Shown: positions 40,915 through 64,000 of the stretch, piece by piece | Position numbering within the stretch: position 1 is the stretch's first letter | How the letters are laid out: the number at the start of each line of letters is the position of its first letter | Translations under genes and position numbers: made by a program | Origin: Aplysia californica | Taxonomy: Eukaryota | Direction of reading: 5' to 3' | Assembly (NCBI RefSeq): GCF_000002075.1 | Contig: NW_004797441.1 | Span: 844,379-908,378, forward strand | DNA length: 64,000 bases | Notes under the pieces: generated by a model | The model's database searches: none | Told to the model about the DNA's origin: nothing | The model's input: the letters and a program-made list of their open reading frames with translations, nothing else

Positions 40915-41381
40915 GGCGCTCGGGACACACCTAATATTTTCAGTTGGTAGGAATATTTGAATTTTGCCCGGGTGGCGGCCGAAGCCTACTCTTATCGATT
41001 TTAGACCACCAAGGGATCTTTAACGTGCGCAACTTGCACACGGGCCCTCCGAGATTTTTCGCACTTGTCTGAGAAGGCTCGGTGTAGATCTTTCCTACCA
41101 GAAGATCAGGGGTGTGGCAGAAAGACAGCAGTAAGGAGGAGCCAAGGAGTAGCAGTAGAAAGGCTGCAGAAAGAGTTAGGAGCCCAGAGGAGGGGGCAAA
41201 GGAGGTGAGGGGGTGGGGGAAGAAAGTGGAAATGAAAGCAGACAACAGAACATTGCTAGAGAACAGGAAAGAATGTGAACGGAGACAATTTTAGAGGAGA
41301 AAATTTTTCGGTCGCTACCCGGATTCGAACCCGGGACCTTTGAATGAGAGGCCAACACCTTAACCTCTAGGCCACGAGAGC
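40915..41381 (-). mobile_element. tRNA-derived SINE (Meta/MESC-like core)
   Basis: tRNA-like head at about 41310-41381 with A box TGGCCTAGAGG and B box GGTTCGAATCC. The body contains GGGATCTTTAACGTGC...GCACACGGG on the opposite strand. Confidence 0.65.
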
Positions 41382-41383
41382 CC

Positions 41384-41421
<38 letters not shown>

Positions 41422-41439
41422 ATATATATATTTATATAG

Positions 41440-42700
41440 GCAGAAGCGAATGCAAGCAGAACAAGAGGATCAAGAGTGGATGCATTGGAGCAGTACAGGA
41501 CAACAGCTAAGGATGTCAAGAAATCACAAAGAAAAGACAAGGAGGAATTCATGAACAGGCTGGCAGAGAAGGCAGAGGAAGCCGCGGTAGAAGGGCACAT
41601 GCGAAGCCTTTACCAGACCACAAGGACACTTGCTGGAAAATCCGGGAAACCTGAAGTACCAGTAAAGGACCAAGAGCGGAAAAATTTTTGAAAGGAAGCT
41701 CAGTCCAAACAATAGGTAGAGCATTTCAACAGTCTCCTGAACAGACCACCACAGAGTAACCTGCCAAACATCTGCCAGCAAGAAATGAGTTACCAATCTG
41801 CTGTGAAGCTCCTTCAAAACGAGAGATTCTGGATGCCATTAAGAAGCTGAACAAAGGTAAAGCGGTCGGTCCTGATCAGATTCCACCTGAACCCCTAAAA
41901 GCAGATGCCGATGTAACGGTAGACCTCCTCCTCCAACTGTTTACCAGGGTCTGGAATGAGAACAAGTTCCCAAAGGATTGGAAAGAAGGGCACCTCGTGA
42001 AGCCTCCAAAAGAGGGGGATCTCAGAAACTGCAGAGGGATCACTCTTCTCTCAATACCAGGTAAGGTCTTCAACAGAATTATTCTGGAGAGAATCAAGAC
42101 AGCAACGGATCCAAGACAACGGGATGAACAGGCTTGTTTCCGAAAAATCGCTCAACCACAGACCAGATTGCCACGCTGAGGATTATTATAGAACAGTCCC
42201 TGGAGTGGAACTCCCAGCTGATCGTCAACTTCCTTGACTATGAGAAGGCCTTTGAGCAACACTATTGAAAATAATGAGACACCACGGAATCCCACAGAAG
42301 TTGGTGAACCTCATCAAGAGCATGTGTGAAGAGACAAGTTGCAGGGGTGTACATTATGGCCAGCTCACTGACAGCTTTGACATCAAGACTAGTGTGAGAC
42401 AGGGATGTTTACTATCACCTTCCTCTTCATATTGGCTGTCGACTGGCTGATGAAGGAAACCACAAGAAAACACAGAAATGATACACAGTGGACAAAAGGG
42501 ACACCGTTGGACGATCTAGATTTTGTATATGACTTGGCGCTTCTGTCGCACACCCAGGAACGGAAAGTCAAAGGTCCTAATGACAGATGCACAACGAAAG
42601 GAGCAGGTCACAATAGAAGGAAATGCACTAGAAAACGTTTGAATCCTTCTGCTATCTTGGGAGTGTAGTTGACAGAGAGGGAGGAACAGGTGAGCAGAGT
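41440..42700 (+). mobile_element. RTE LINE reverse transcriptase fragment
   Basis: KEGDL.NCRGITLLS.PGKVF, DYEKAF, VRQGCLLSP and LDDLDF motifs; many stops. Confidence 0.88.
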
Positions 42701-42939
42701 AAGCCTGATTCCCTGTTTGGACTTCTCTGTTGATATCCACCCCTTGGCGCTTATATGACCTTATACAGTTGCGAGCGCCGTAAAACCTTACTAAAACTAA
42801 ACTAAACTAAAGCATTTGACTCGAACCAGTCTTACGACCTTCTGGAAAATAACGCGAAGACCCACAAGCGAGTTATTCTTTTAAAATAAATATATGAACA
42901 CAGTGTACACGCTAATTGCTTACTGATCCCATAATCCAC

Positions 42940-43420
42940 GAGGATCGACGATAGAGAGCCTCGCCAGGTGCCTCCACTTATCACAGTTTTTTTGTTTTGT
43001 TGTTGTTTAGTTTTGCGAGTGAGCGCCTGAGTTTGGGCGAAGGATTCCCTGCCCATTCCGCAATGTTGTCCGTCTACCTCTTTCTTTGCCTTCCTCTCTT
43101 TCTTCTCTCCTGCACAGTTCCCTAAAGAATGGTCTTGGATAGGCCACACGATCTTGTGACATGTCTATACAAGTTTAAATAGTGACTCGTGTGTTGTTTC
43201 ACTCTGCTGTGCACTTTCTCATTTAATTTTGTGACGTGGTCAGTGTATGGGATGCCAAGCAACCAAAGAGTCGTCCAAAGCGTCTCATTTCGGCTGCTGA
43301 GATCTTCCTCTGCAGCTCTGCTGTCAAGGTCCATGATTCACAAGCATACAGAAGGATGAAGATGACGGAGGGCGTAGAGTAGTTTGATTTTGGAATTGAC
43401 TTAGATGTATCTGTCTTCAT
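42940..43420 (-). mobile_element. RTE LINE 3' fragment
   Basis: LLYACESWTL..AEMR..LLGIPY.DHVT. Confidence 0.75.
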
Positions 43421-43509
43421 TGACAAAGGCAACAAAAAAAGACGTGCTGATCATTTAGGGCTACTGGAACGCAGAAGTTAAAAGAGACACACTGAAAGAC
43501 TTAAAGGAA

Positions 43510-43945
43510 ATCTGCGGCCCATCTTGCAATGACAAAACCAATGAAAGAGGGCTACGTCTGCTATAGTTTGCCAGCTACAACAACATGGTGCTAGCAAATA
43601 CACACGGCAAGCACAAGGCATCAAGACGATGGACTTGGCATGCGCCAGACGGATTCCATCACAACCAGATGGATTATATCTTGATGCAGAAACGATTTAG
43701 GTCAGGTATCAAAAGAGCTACCGTAAGAACGTATCCTGGTGCAGATGTCGGAAGCAATCACGCCATGGTTCTGCTGAACTTTAAAGCCAGATTAAAGAAC
43801 AACATCCTTGCAGAACTGATGAAGTATGGAGGAGAGACAGTGATGGGCATCCTCACTAGCATTTGCAATAAAATACGGGTGAATGGCCCACATCCTGGAC
43901 GCAATCTCTTATCATCACTCTCCCAAAGAAAGGCATGAATCTGCA
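43510..43945 (+). mobile_element. LINE apurinic endonuclease fragment
   Basis: WTWHAPDG..HNQMDYIL and YPGADVGSNH. Confidence 0.8.
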
Positions 43946-45196
43946 CTTCTTCTACTTCTAGTGTGGAAACATACCCTCTCACATCTAGGCCTAGATCTAC
44001 ATAAAGTAAAGGCGGGAGCTTGGACTTTCTGATCAGGGGAAGAAAAGAATTTGTAAAAAAGAAGGTTTCTATCTAGGCCATAGAGTTATCTCATAGTGTA
44101 CATCTATGATCTAGACCTACCCATCTGGAGTTCATCCTGTTTCACACAGCCCGCATCACGTTCCCACACACCCCCTCCCATCCCTACCGTAGGCTAACCC
44201 TCGCCCATCCTCTTGGCGTTTGGGCCCTTATTAAGAGGCACACTAGATCTAGCAATCAATGATTTAGGAATCGAGGATGGGCCTTGTGCTTCGCGTGAGA
44301 TGGAGAGAAAGGAGAAATAATATTCTTCGCTTTTGGGGCCGCTAATTGCTTTTATTTGTTTATAGCGACCTCGTTGAAAGCGACTTCGGTCTGTTTGCAA
44401 CCTCGTTGGAGCTGACGTGCATTTACAAAGAGATACAGAGGAAAAAATTGGGGATTAAGGGTTGCCTCGTTGGAGTTGACTTCTCGTTGAATGTCACCTC
44501 GTTGAATGCGGCACCGACTGTACAACAAAGTGCAGTGAACTACTAACGCTAATTTCTTGCATGTACAGTAGTAGATCTATATCTTATCAAATATAGCAAC
44601 TATCATATAATAGAATAATGGTTAAAGAAGTGCGTATTGAGTCATTTTCTACATGACAAAAGCTAGAATCCTACCAAAATATTTTTTTAAAAATGATTTT
44701 GTAGGGCGAAAACGTAATTGAGTATAAGGAAGGGAGGCGAGACTCGCCTCAGTAGGAAGCATTAAAGACATCGCTGGTGTAGTCTGTTTTATGCGGCCAT
44801 ATAATTGAATCTGGAAGACCAGCCACGTCCAGGGCACCCGTTAATTTCAATGACGCTCTATTAACCAAACAAATACCAATGAAACCCAACTTCTCCTCTT
44901 TGGTAGGGCAATGCCCACTTTTGGTGTAGGCCTAGGTCAAGATTTCTGCTGGAAACCCCCGAAATGTGGGTTGGATCTAGCATGTTTGTCCTTAAAAGCG
45001 AACAATTATAGTATAATTCTTGCTATGTGCAGCTGGGTAAGCCCACCGTAGCTTGCTGTCTCGATGGGTCCCAAATTTAAAGCATAAATGACAGAAGTTA
45101 TTATATTGTCATGGTGTGTTACATAGACCAACAATTATGTACCTCGGGGAAACAACAACAAACAAACAAATAAATATTATACACACACAAACATAC

Positions 45197-47683
45197 TGTT
45201 GAATGGGTACTAGATCTAATTTGACTAGAAGTTCTGCTGTATCTGAGTGGAATGAAACACTTGCCCCCTCGTCAGTAGCGGCCTGAACCAAAAAAATATT
45301 CTGAGGAAAAGTTGGTACTTACCAGAGCATTTTTCAGAGTAACATCTACACAGTTACCATCAGAATCCTTAAATTTCATATTCGCATTTCCTCTTTTCAC
45401 AGCAACATTCACTCTCTCTCCATATTTGCTGGCTCTATGGAGTGTTTTTCAGATCTGAACGTCTTATCAAATGAACGAAACTTTGACATATCTTTCAAAA
45501 TATGGGCAGTAGCCCCACAATCAACCAGTAAGTCCGCTTTGAATTTGATTTTCTCATCAATGTTCGTTTTCACTTTGAATGCGAATGTAGGCCTATGTTC
45601 TTGGTCATCTGTGCGTAGTGCATTCGCAGCCTCATTGTATCTGTTGTGTTCTTCCTCTGATATCTGCACGTGTAATCAGAGTGATTATTCTTTCTGCATA
45701 GTTTGCACCACAGTTTCTTTTGCCTGCAATTCTTTGAGAAGTGTCCGGGTTGTCCACATCTGAAACATGTGGGTGGACTCTTGTTGTCACCCGTAGAAGC
45801 TCTAACAGTAACACTGCCGATACCTTGCCTGGCTGCTCGTTGCGCACTCTTCAGAAGAGAATCACCAGACTGGACCCTTGATCTTCCAGTCTCTTCGAAA
45901 CTCCTCAAGGCGATCTTGAATTTTGTTATCTGTTGTTTCTTTTCACTCTGCATGATCACATGCACATCGACAAACGATTGGAAGGTGTCAGGTAGACCTT
46001 TTAAGATCATATAGCTATAGAAGGCTATCTGAGACAGTCTCACCAGCATTTTTCAGCGCTGCTGCTGCTGTTTCTGCTCTGATGATAATAGTCTGTCACA
46101 CCTTCTTCATGTTTCTTCACGAGTGAAGTCAGTTCTGTGTACAGACTAATGATTCTTGGAGTGCTTGAGCCTGCATAGTGTTGGCGTAAAATCTTGAGAG
46201 CTGCTCTTCCATCATCTACAGCATCTCGCATAAATAACCAAATATAAACTCTTGTCATCTGAAAATTGGATACGCTCAGCATATTATGCTTCTTCATTTT
46301 GAGAAAGGTCAACTTCTTCATCATCCCCTGCCAATACGACGTCTTTCAGTTTCTGCAGTCTCATGTACCCTAGAAACTTCACCTCCCATTGTTCATATTT
46401 ATTCTCATCCCCATCGAATAAAAGTCTACTGTACCGTGAACTGGGCCCATTTAACCTGTTGAATGGGTACTAGATCTGATTTGACTAGAAGTTCTGTGTA
46501 TATAGTCAAAGATGGTTTTGTAAGCTTTCCAATCGAAAAGCGGGGAAAATTATATTCTCTCACAAACAGTTCAGATGATACTTTTGACAAAATGAATTAT
46601 ACTCAGGATATTATGGGTTGGCATGAAACACTTGGTCACTGCAATTTTGATGATGTTTTGAGGCTTGAAAGTGTTGTTGATGGCATGAAGATAAGTGGGA
46701 AGGCGAAGAAGAAGGAATGTGAAGTGTGTGTGTGTGAAGGGAAAAATGACGAATGAGAGAAGTAAGAATCCACGTGAACGTGCCACTTCTCCGTTGGAGT
46801 TGGTGCACACTGATCTTACAGGTCCAATTAACTCTTACTTCACATGAAGGCTTTAAGTATGCAACTGCATTTACAGATGATTTTTCAGGTGCCATGTTTG
46901 TGTACTTTTTGAAAAGTAAAAGTGAGACTATGATGGCAACAGAAAGGTTTTTGCAGATTCAGCCCCCTATGGGAAGGTAAAGACAATAAGATCAGATAAT
47001 GGGACGGAATTCACTTCAGGAGAGTGTAAGGCACTCATCAGGAAGAATCAGATTAAGCAAGAAATGTTTTCTCCTTACTCGCCCCACCAAAATGGGACAG
47101 CTGAAAGGCAGTGGCGTACCATTTTTGAAATGGGGAGATGCATGCTCCTTGAAGGTGAGCTGCCAAAAGCGTTGTACGGCCATATGCAGTGCACACAGCA
47201 GTGTACAATCGAAACAGATGTTTCAATGCAAGGCTGAAACAAACACCAATACAAGCACTGACAGGGCGCAGACCAAATATTTCGAACATGCGAGTCTTTG
47301 GCTGCGACTGTTATGTGTACATAAGAAAAAAATTAGACGAGAGATACAAAAAGGGAGTTTTTGTTGAATATGATAGGCTAGGTGCAGTCCAGCATATTTG
47401 GTATATTTTTCTGATACTGGGAAATGATAAGATGTAAAGTGGTACACTTTGTCCAAAAGAAAGCTTTTGATTGTGTAGAAAGTGAAACTCAGACCATTGA
47501 TTTTTCAGATGATGATGTTTTTGTAAAACGTCCTATTCCTATTGTTGAAAATGTTCCTGAAGAGAGGTCAGATTGTAAACAACCGATCAGCTGTTTGGCC
47601 GTTGTCTGCTAAATTTTGTTCCCTCATCATGGCAAGTCAAATCAGATCTAGATCTAGTACCCATTCATCAAGTCCATTCAACA
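45197..47683. mobile_element. Rearranged Ty1/Copia LTR retrotransposon remnant
   Basis: Minus strand: copia-type PBS GGTT(AA)ATGGGCCCAG at about 46441-46456, gag with zinc knuckle CFRCGQPGHFSKNC, protease LVDCGATAH. Plus strand: WH..LGH, CEVC, LELVHTDL.GP, SDNG.EF and NG.AER integrase motifs. TG...CA termini with CATAC on both sides. No RT/RNase H seen. Confidence 0.88.
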
Positions 47684-47686
47684 CAT

Positions 47687-47724
<38 letters not shown>

Positions 47725-48010
47725 TGGTTTACATAAAACAGATTCTAGTAGAGTAGAGAATCTTTGGTAATACGAGGCTACGTTGCACAATCATGACAAT
47801 TCCTGTCCTAGCATAGGCCTAGTTTCATAAATTGATCCAAATTCCAAAGTTTCCGAGTAGTGTCCCTTGGAGATTCAACCGGAAGTTAATCAGCCTGATG
47901 CAAGCCGAACTGACCTTGCCCGACAGTTATCATCATTACATAGTCCACACGTGCGAGAGGAAGGGTACCCTTGAAGATCGTTCAGCTGTAGTTGGAAAAT
48001 TTCATTCAAA

Positions 48011-48031
48011 ATGCCTGGAATTTCTAAGAAT
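48011..48031 (+). CDS. HSPA9: Candidate first coding exon of HSPA9 (MPGISKN)
   Basis: caaaATG followed by a perfect phase-0 donor GTAAGT at 48032, matching the phase-0 acceptor at 50963. E-box CACGTG lies at 47948-47953. Confidence 0.5.
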
Positions 48032-48630
48032 GTAAGTTGCAATTGAATGGATGAAGCTCCTGCTCCGTAAAAAATGAAGTGAAACTCAATTTAAATTAGA
48101 TTCTAGAGCTCTGTGGTCTCCTTATAGCCTTGTGCCTAGTCTTGGCTTGCTTCTTGTGAACTGCGTAAATTACACAAAGTACAAGTACTACAAGTGCCTG
48201 CTAGCTGGACTCGGAAGACTGAGAATCTACTAGATTTCTAGATCTAGATTCTGGATCTAAATCTAGATTCTTCTAGATATTAGATCTAGATCTAGATATC
48301 TAGAATCTAGAATCATTCTTAATGCAGTATGACTATTACTATTGACACTAAATTGCCATTTATGATTTCAAGAGTTGTTCTCCTTATTCTGCTCCCCATT
48401 TATTTTATAATATAGATCTAGATTCTAGATTAGATTCTAATAATAAAGTCTTATAATTTGATGATTGTTGAGAGTTGAGCATTTCCTTTATTACTTTGCC
48501 TTTATTTTATTTCCTCTTTAATTTTAAGCGTTGTGTGGACTGAACTGAAGTAATTGAAGAAGGGTGTTTTTATTCATGCTGAATGATGGACCTGTCTCAT
48601 GCTCACTCATTTGGTACTCTGCCTGCCTTT

Positions 48631-48835
48631 GGGAAGGACTTTCGTAATGAGCGACCACCCCATCAAACACAATAAAGAAGAGGCCTAACCCTAACCCTAC
48701 CCCAAACCCTAACCCAACCCCTAACCCTAACCCTAACCCTAACTCTAACCCTAACCCTACCCCTACCCCTACCCCTACCCCTAGCCCTCAATTCTGCTCT
48801 GTCTCATTGTGGTCGCTCGTTACGGAAGTCCTCCC
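48631..48835. mobile_element. MITE carrying a (CCCTAA)n telomere-like array
   Basis: TIRs GGGAAGGACTTTCGTAATGAGCGACCAC / GTGGTCGCTCGTTACGGAAGTCCTCCC flank CCCTAA/CCCTAC repeats at about 48685-48786. Confidence 0.75.
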
Positions 48836-48882
48836 CTCCTTTGATATGGTGGTCCTGACTTTTGTGACAGAGAAATTTATAA

Positions 48883-50368
48883 TGGCGCTTTTTCGGTAGT
48901 TCCCACCCCCCTTATTGAGCCTGACCTTCATCTAGATCTATATGTTTGATTCGCGGCGAGTTAAGATATGGCCACCTCTATTCTCTTCGCGCAGGCGAGT
49001 CTTTTGGCTATTCTCACCCGGTGGGCGTTCTCCGTTAGCCTAGGCCAACCAGTGAAGCGTTCACCCTGAACCACAGAATTCTACACTGTGATAACAGAAT
49101 TATAGAATTCTGTGCTGTCAACAAACGTTCTAGATCTATTACTACTGTTAGTGTTAGCCTAAAAGCGTGCAATTTTGTTTGTGGGCAGTGGAGAGAGAGA
49201 AAGAGAGAGAGAGAGATTAGTGTTAGCCTAAAAGCGTGCAATTTTGTATGTGGGCAGTGGAGAGAGAGAAAGAGAGAGAGAGGAGTAGCGCGAGAACTTT
49301 CGGGCAAAACAAAATGGCGACCCGCGTAGTTCGGCTCGATTCAGAAAGTTAAATAGCCAGCATCTTTGTAGATGTAAATGGATGCCTACGAAGGATAGTG
49401 GGGATCAAGTGGTACGATCGAGTCACGAATGCTCAACTGTGGGAGAGAACAAGCCAAAGGCCAGTAAAGGAAGATATTCAGGTGAAGAAATGGAAATGGA
49501 TTGGACACACCCTGAGGAGACCCCGGACAAGCATCATCAGGCAGGCCTTAACATGGAACCCACAAGGAAAGCGTAAAAAGGGAAGACCTAAGATGACATG
49601 GAGGCGAGCGGTATCAGCGGAAATTGAAGAAGCGGGGACATCATGGAAACAGATAGGAAAGGATGCTCAGGACAGGCTTCGCTGGAGTAATGTTGTTGAT
49701 GGCCTGTGCTCCACTGGGAGTTAAAAAGGGCAAGAGAGAGATCTTTGTAGACAACCAAATTAATTTAGTTTTCTTTTTTAACATCATTTTTTAACTTTGT
49801 TTTGGTCAATTTGATCGTCCACACCGATAGACAGTATACGGAAAGAGACAGAGAGAGAGAGAGGGGAGGAGTAGATCTTGCGAGAACTTCCGGGCAAAGC
49901 AAAATGGCGACCCACTTAGTTTGGCTCGATTCGAAAAGTGAAATAGCCATAGCATCTTTGAAAACGATCAAATTAGCTTACTTTTGTGCTATAACATAAT
50001 TTTTTCTTGGCTTTTATCAATTTAATCATCCACACCGATAGACAGTTTTCCAAAATTAAGAAAAACAGGTCTTGTTTCACGTCGGGTGAGAATAGCCTAC
50101 GCTGGCAAGTCTCACCCGGGGTGAGAGGTAGATCTAGATCGTATTTTTATTCTCACCCCTGGTGAGAATAGCCACTTCCTAAGATATTAAAACTAACAAC
50201 CTCAAAACATTAAATTGTGGTAAAATTCAGGGGTGCATCCCCCCTGAAACCCCCCACCTTATTTTTATTAGGCAGGTCAGGGGGGCAAGCCCCCTTGAAA
50301 CCCCCCTACTCTTGGGGCCAAATCCCGTGAATAACAATTGCGGGGTGGGAACTACAGAAAAAGCGCCA
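48883..50368. mobile_element. Composite non-autonomous DNA element with nested insertions
   Basis: Inverted repeats TGGCGCTTTTTCGGTAGTTCCCACCCC / GGGGTGGGAACTACAGAAAAAGCGCCA, with internal duplicated units. Confidence 0.6.
49373..49740 (+). mobile_element. 5'-truncated RTE insertion with TSD
   Basis: ORF ...WKWIGHTLR..ALTWNPQGKRKKGRPK.TW, flanked by an 11-bp direct repeat ATCTTTGTAGA (49362-49372, 49741-49751). Confidence 0.85.
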
Positions 50369-50962
50369 AAATAACAAGGAGAAAATCTAGATCTAGAATC
50401 TAGTTTTGACCCCACCGACGATGAGATCTAGTCTTTCTGGTTCAAAACTAAGACTAAGACTAAACGATTACTTTTTGATGCGCGTGCCGATATAGAGAAT
50501 AGCTTATCAAACCTAATTGCAAAACATCAAATCGTGGTCAAAATCAGGGGAGCATGCCCCCCTGAAACACCCCATGTTTTGGTGTGTTTTTTAGGTCGCC
50601 CCCCCTGATACCTCCCTTGCCTTGTTAAAAAGTGAAATTTTACTGCTCATTTTGAAGGCTAGATTTAGATTCTAGATCTAGGCTACTGATATTCTAGATC
50701 TAGGCTACTGATAAAACACCATAGATCTAATCTAGATCTAAAACATTGATACCGACTATTTGAATCAGTATCGATATCCAGTAGGCCTACTTACACAAGT
50801 CGGGACTGCCATATCCAAGATAGAATCTGTGTTTTACACGAGAATTTTGTCTTAATATCCACCACAAATTAGGCCCTATGATCTTGTAGTTCCGTTCGTT
50901 GAAGTCCACCACCCATTTTTTGTTTTTTGTATATATATGTTTTTTTCATCTGATCTTTGCAG

Positions 50963-62972
<12,010 letters not shown>

Positions 62973-63411
62973 GTAAGTAATTAAGCTTTCTTTGAAAATA
63001 TATCGTGTGCTGTTTGACAATGCTGTGAAAAGTGTTAATGAAAAGTGATGGTCACTATTTCACACTGCTGGGTAACACAGAAGTGAACCTTGCTTTTTGG
63101 ATATATTGATTTGTTCAGCAGAGGTTAGTTGTATTGGTTAAGTTTGGTTGTATGCAATAAAAGTACTGATTAGCTCAATGGCCAGAGTTGCAGGAAGTCG
63201 GAGGAAGAGTGATTGTTGGGATTTACCCCCTGCACATTGACCAGTGTTCTATCAAATGACTATTTTTTGTCAAAAAAGTGTGTCAAACACAGTGGAATCC
63301 GTAGATAGATTACTTGCACCGACAGGGTACACATCAGTCAAATATTAAGTATGATGAGAATTTTATATAGTCCTGTGCAATATACAAAAAGAAAAACGAG
63401 CACATTCAGTA

Positions 63412-64000
63412 CAGTAGAACACAGCTATAGCAGGACATTTTGTTCCAGAAGAAAAATCCTGCTGTAAGCGAGTTCCCGCTATAGGAAAGGAAAGGGGAAA
63501 TTACTGAAAAAATATTTTTTGAATCCACATGAATACCTCCCTTTCGTGTCAGTAAAATTTGCCCTTTTGATTAGCCTTCCTTTTCTTGTCAACTTTGTTG
63601 ATTATCTCGGCTTTTAATTTGAGTGAGAAACATTTCCTTTTGTCCTTGTTGGAAGCCATCTTTTTCTCGGTTTCGTTCCTTGTGCTGTCTATCGTACCAG
63701 AAGGACAACTGTAGAACTGGTGAAGTGGATGCGTCCGTATGCGTATGAGCATCAATGATTGCATTTCAATGAATGAGGAATCACACACTGCACGTTCTCC
63801 TCTTCTTGAGTCTCGAACTCTAAGCTAGGATACATCACTTTTGGTGTGGCTCACGTAATGCGTCTCTTCGCACCATCTCTCTCTGCCACCTGCCCCACCT
63901 CACTCATTCACAACGCCGCACAGCTGACTGCCTGTTCGGAGCCCACCTACAGGCCCCCCCCCCCCCCCTCCAACCCCCTTAACCCCAGCTAGAGCTCGCT
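63412..64000 (-). mobile_element. pogo/Tigger-like element with truncated HTH ORF
   Basis: TA|CAGTAGAAC terminus. The minus-strand peptide MASNKDKRKCFSLKLKAEIINKVD resembles the CENP-B/psq N-terminal HTH. Confidence 0.65.

Noticed and set aside
41310-41381. Possible tRNA-Glu(CTC) gene on the minus strand
   Set aside because: The anticodon and acceptor stems pair poorly and the sequence continues into a SINE body; treated as a SINE head.
63165-63340. Possible H/ACA snoRNA in an HSPA9 intron (similar hints at about 53890-54080 and 61515-61640)
   Set aside because: Hairpins are plausible, but I could not establish the H box or a target by eye; needs cmscan.

Overview
AT-rich, intron-rich animal genomic DNA with several assembly gaps. 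The repeat content (RTE/L2/Nimb LINEs, tRNA-SINEs, many MITEs) suggests a lophotrochozoan, probably a gastropod mollusc; this is inference. Two spliced + strand genes are present. (1) A 26-coding-exon gene (1797-32838) that I reconstructed with consistent splice phases into a 5049-nt CDS (1682 aa). Its architecture is: ~830-aa alpha-helical ARM/HEAT-like region (distal part resembling the VEPH1/Melted N-terminus), coiled coil, Death domain, two tandem TIR_2 domains that both keep the catalytic-position Glu, a long P/S/Q/K-rich disordered tail, and a C-terminal CaaX box (CTTL). This is the most interesting object in the window: a candidate membrane-anchored, SARM1-analogous, double-TIR innate-immune or cell-death enzyme. 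(2) Mitochondrial Hsp70 (HSPA9/mortalin), running off the right edge, with three copies of a U63/SNORD63-like C/D box snoRNA in its introns. The intergenic space and introns hold transposon remnants, including a rearranged Copia element with two inverted U5 ends, a Ginger2-like element and nested MITEs. All domain and family calls come from motif recognition by eye; no searches were run.
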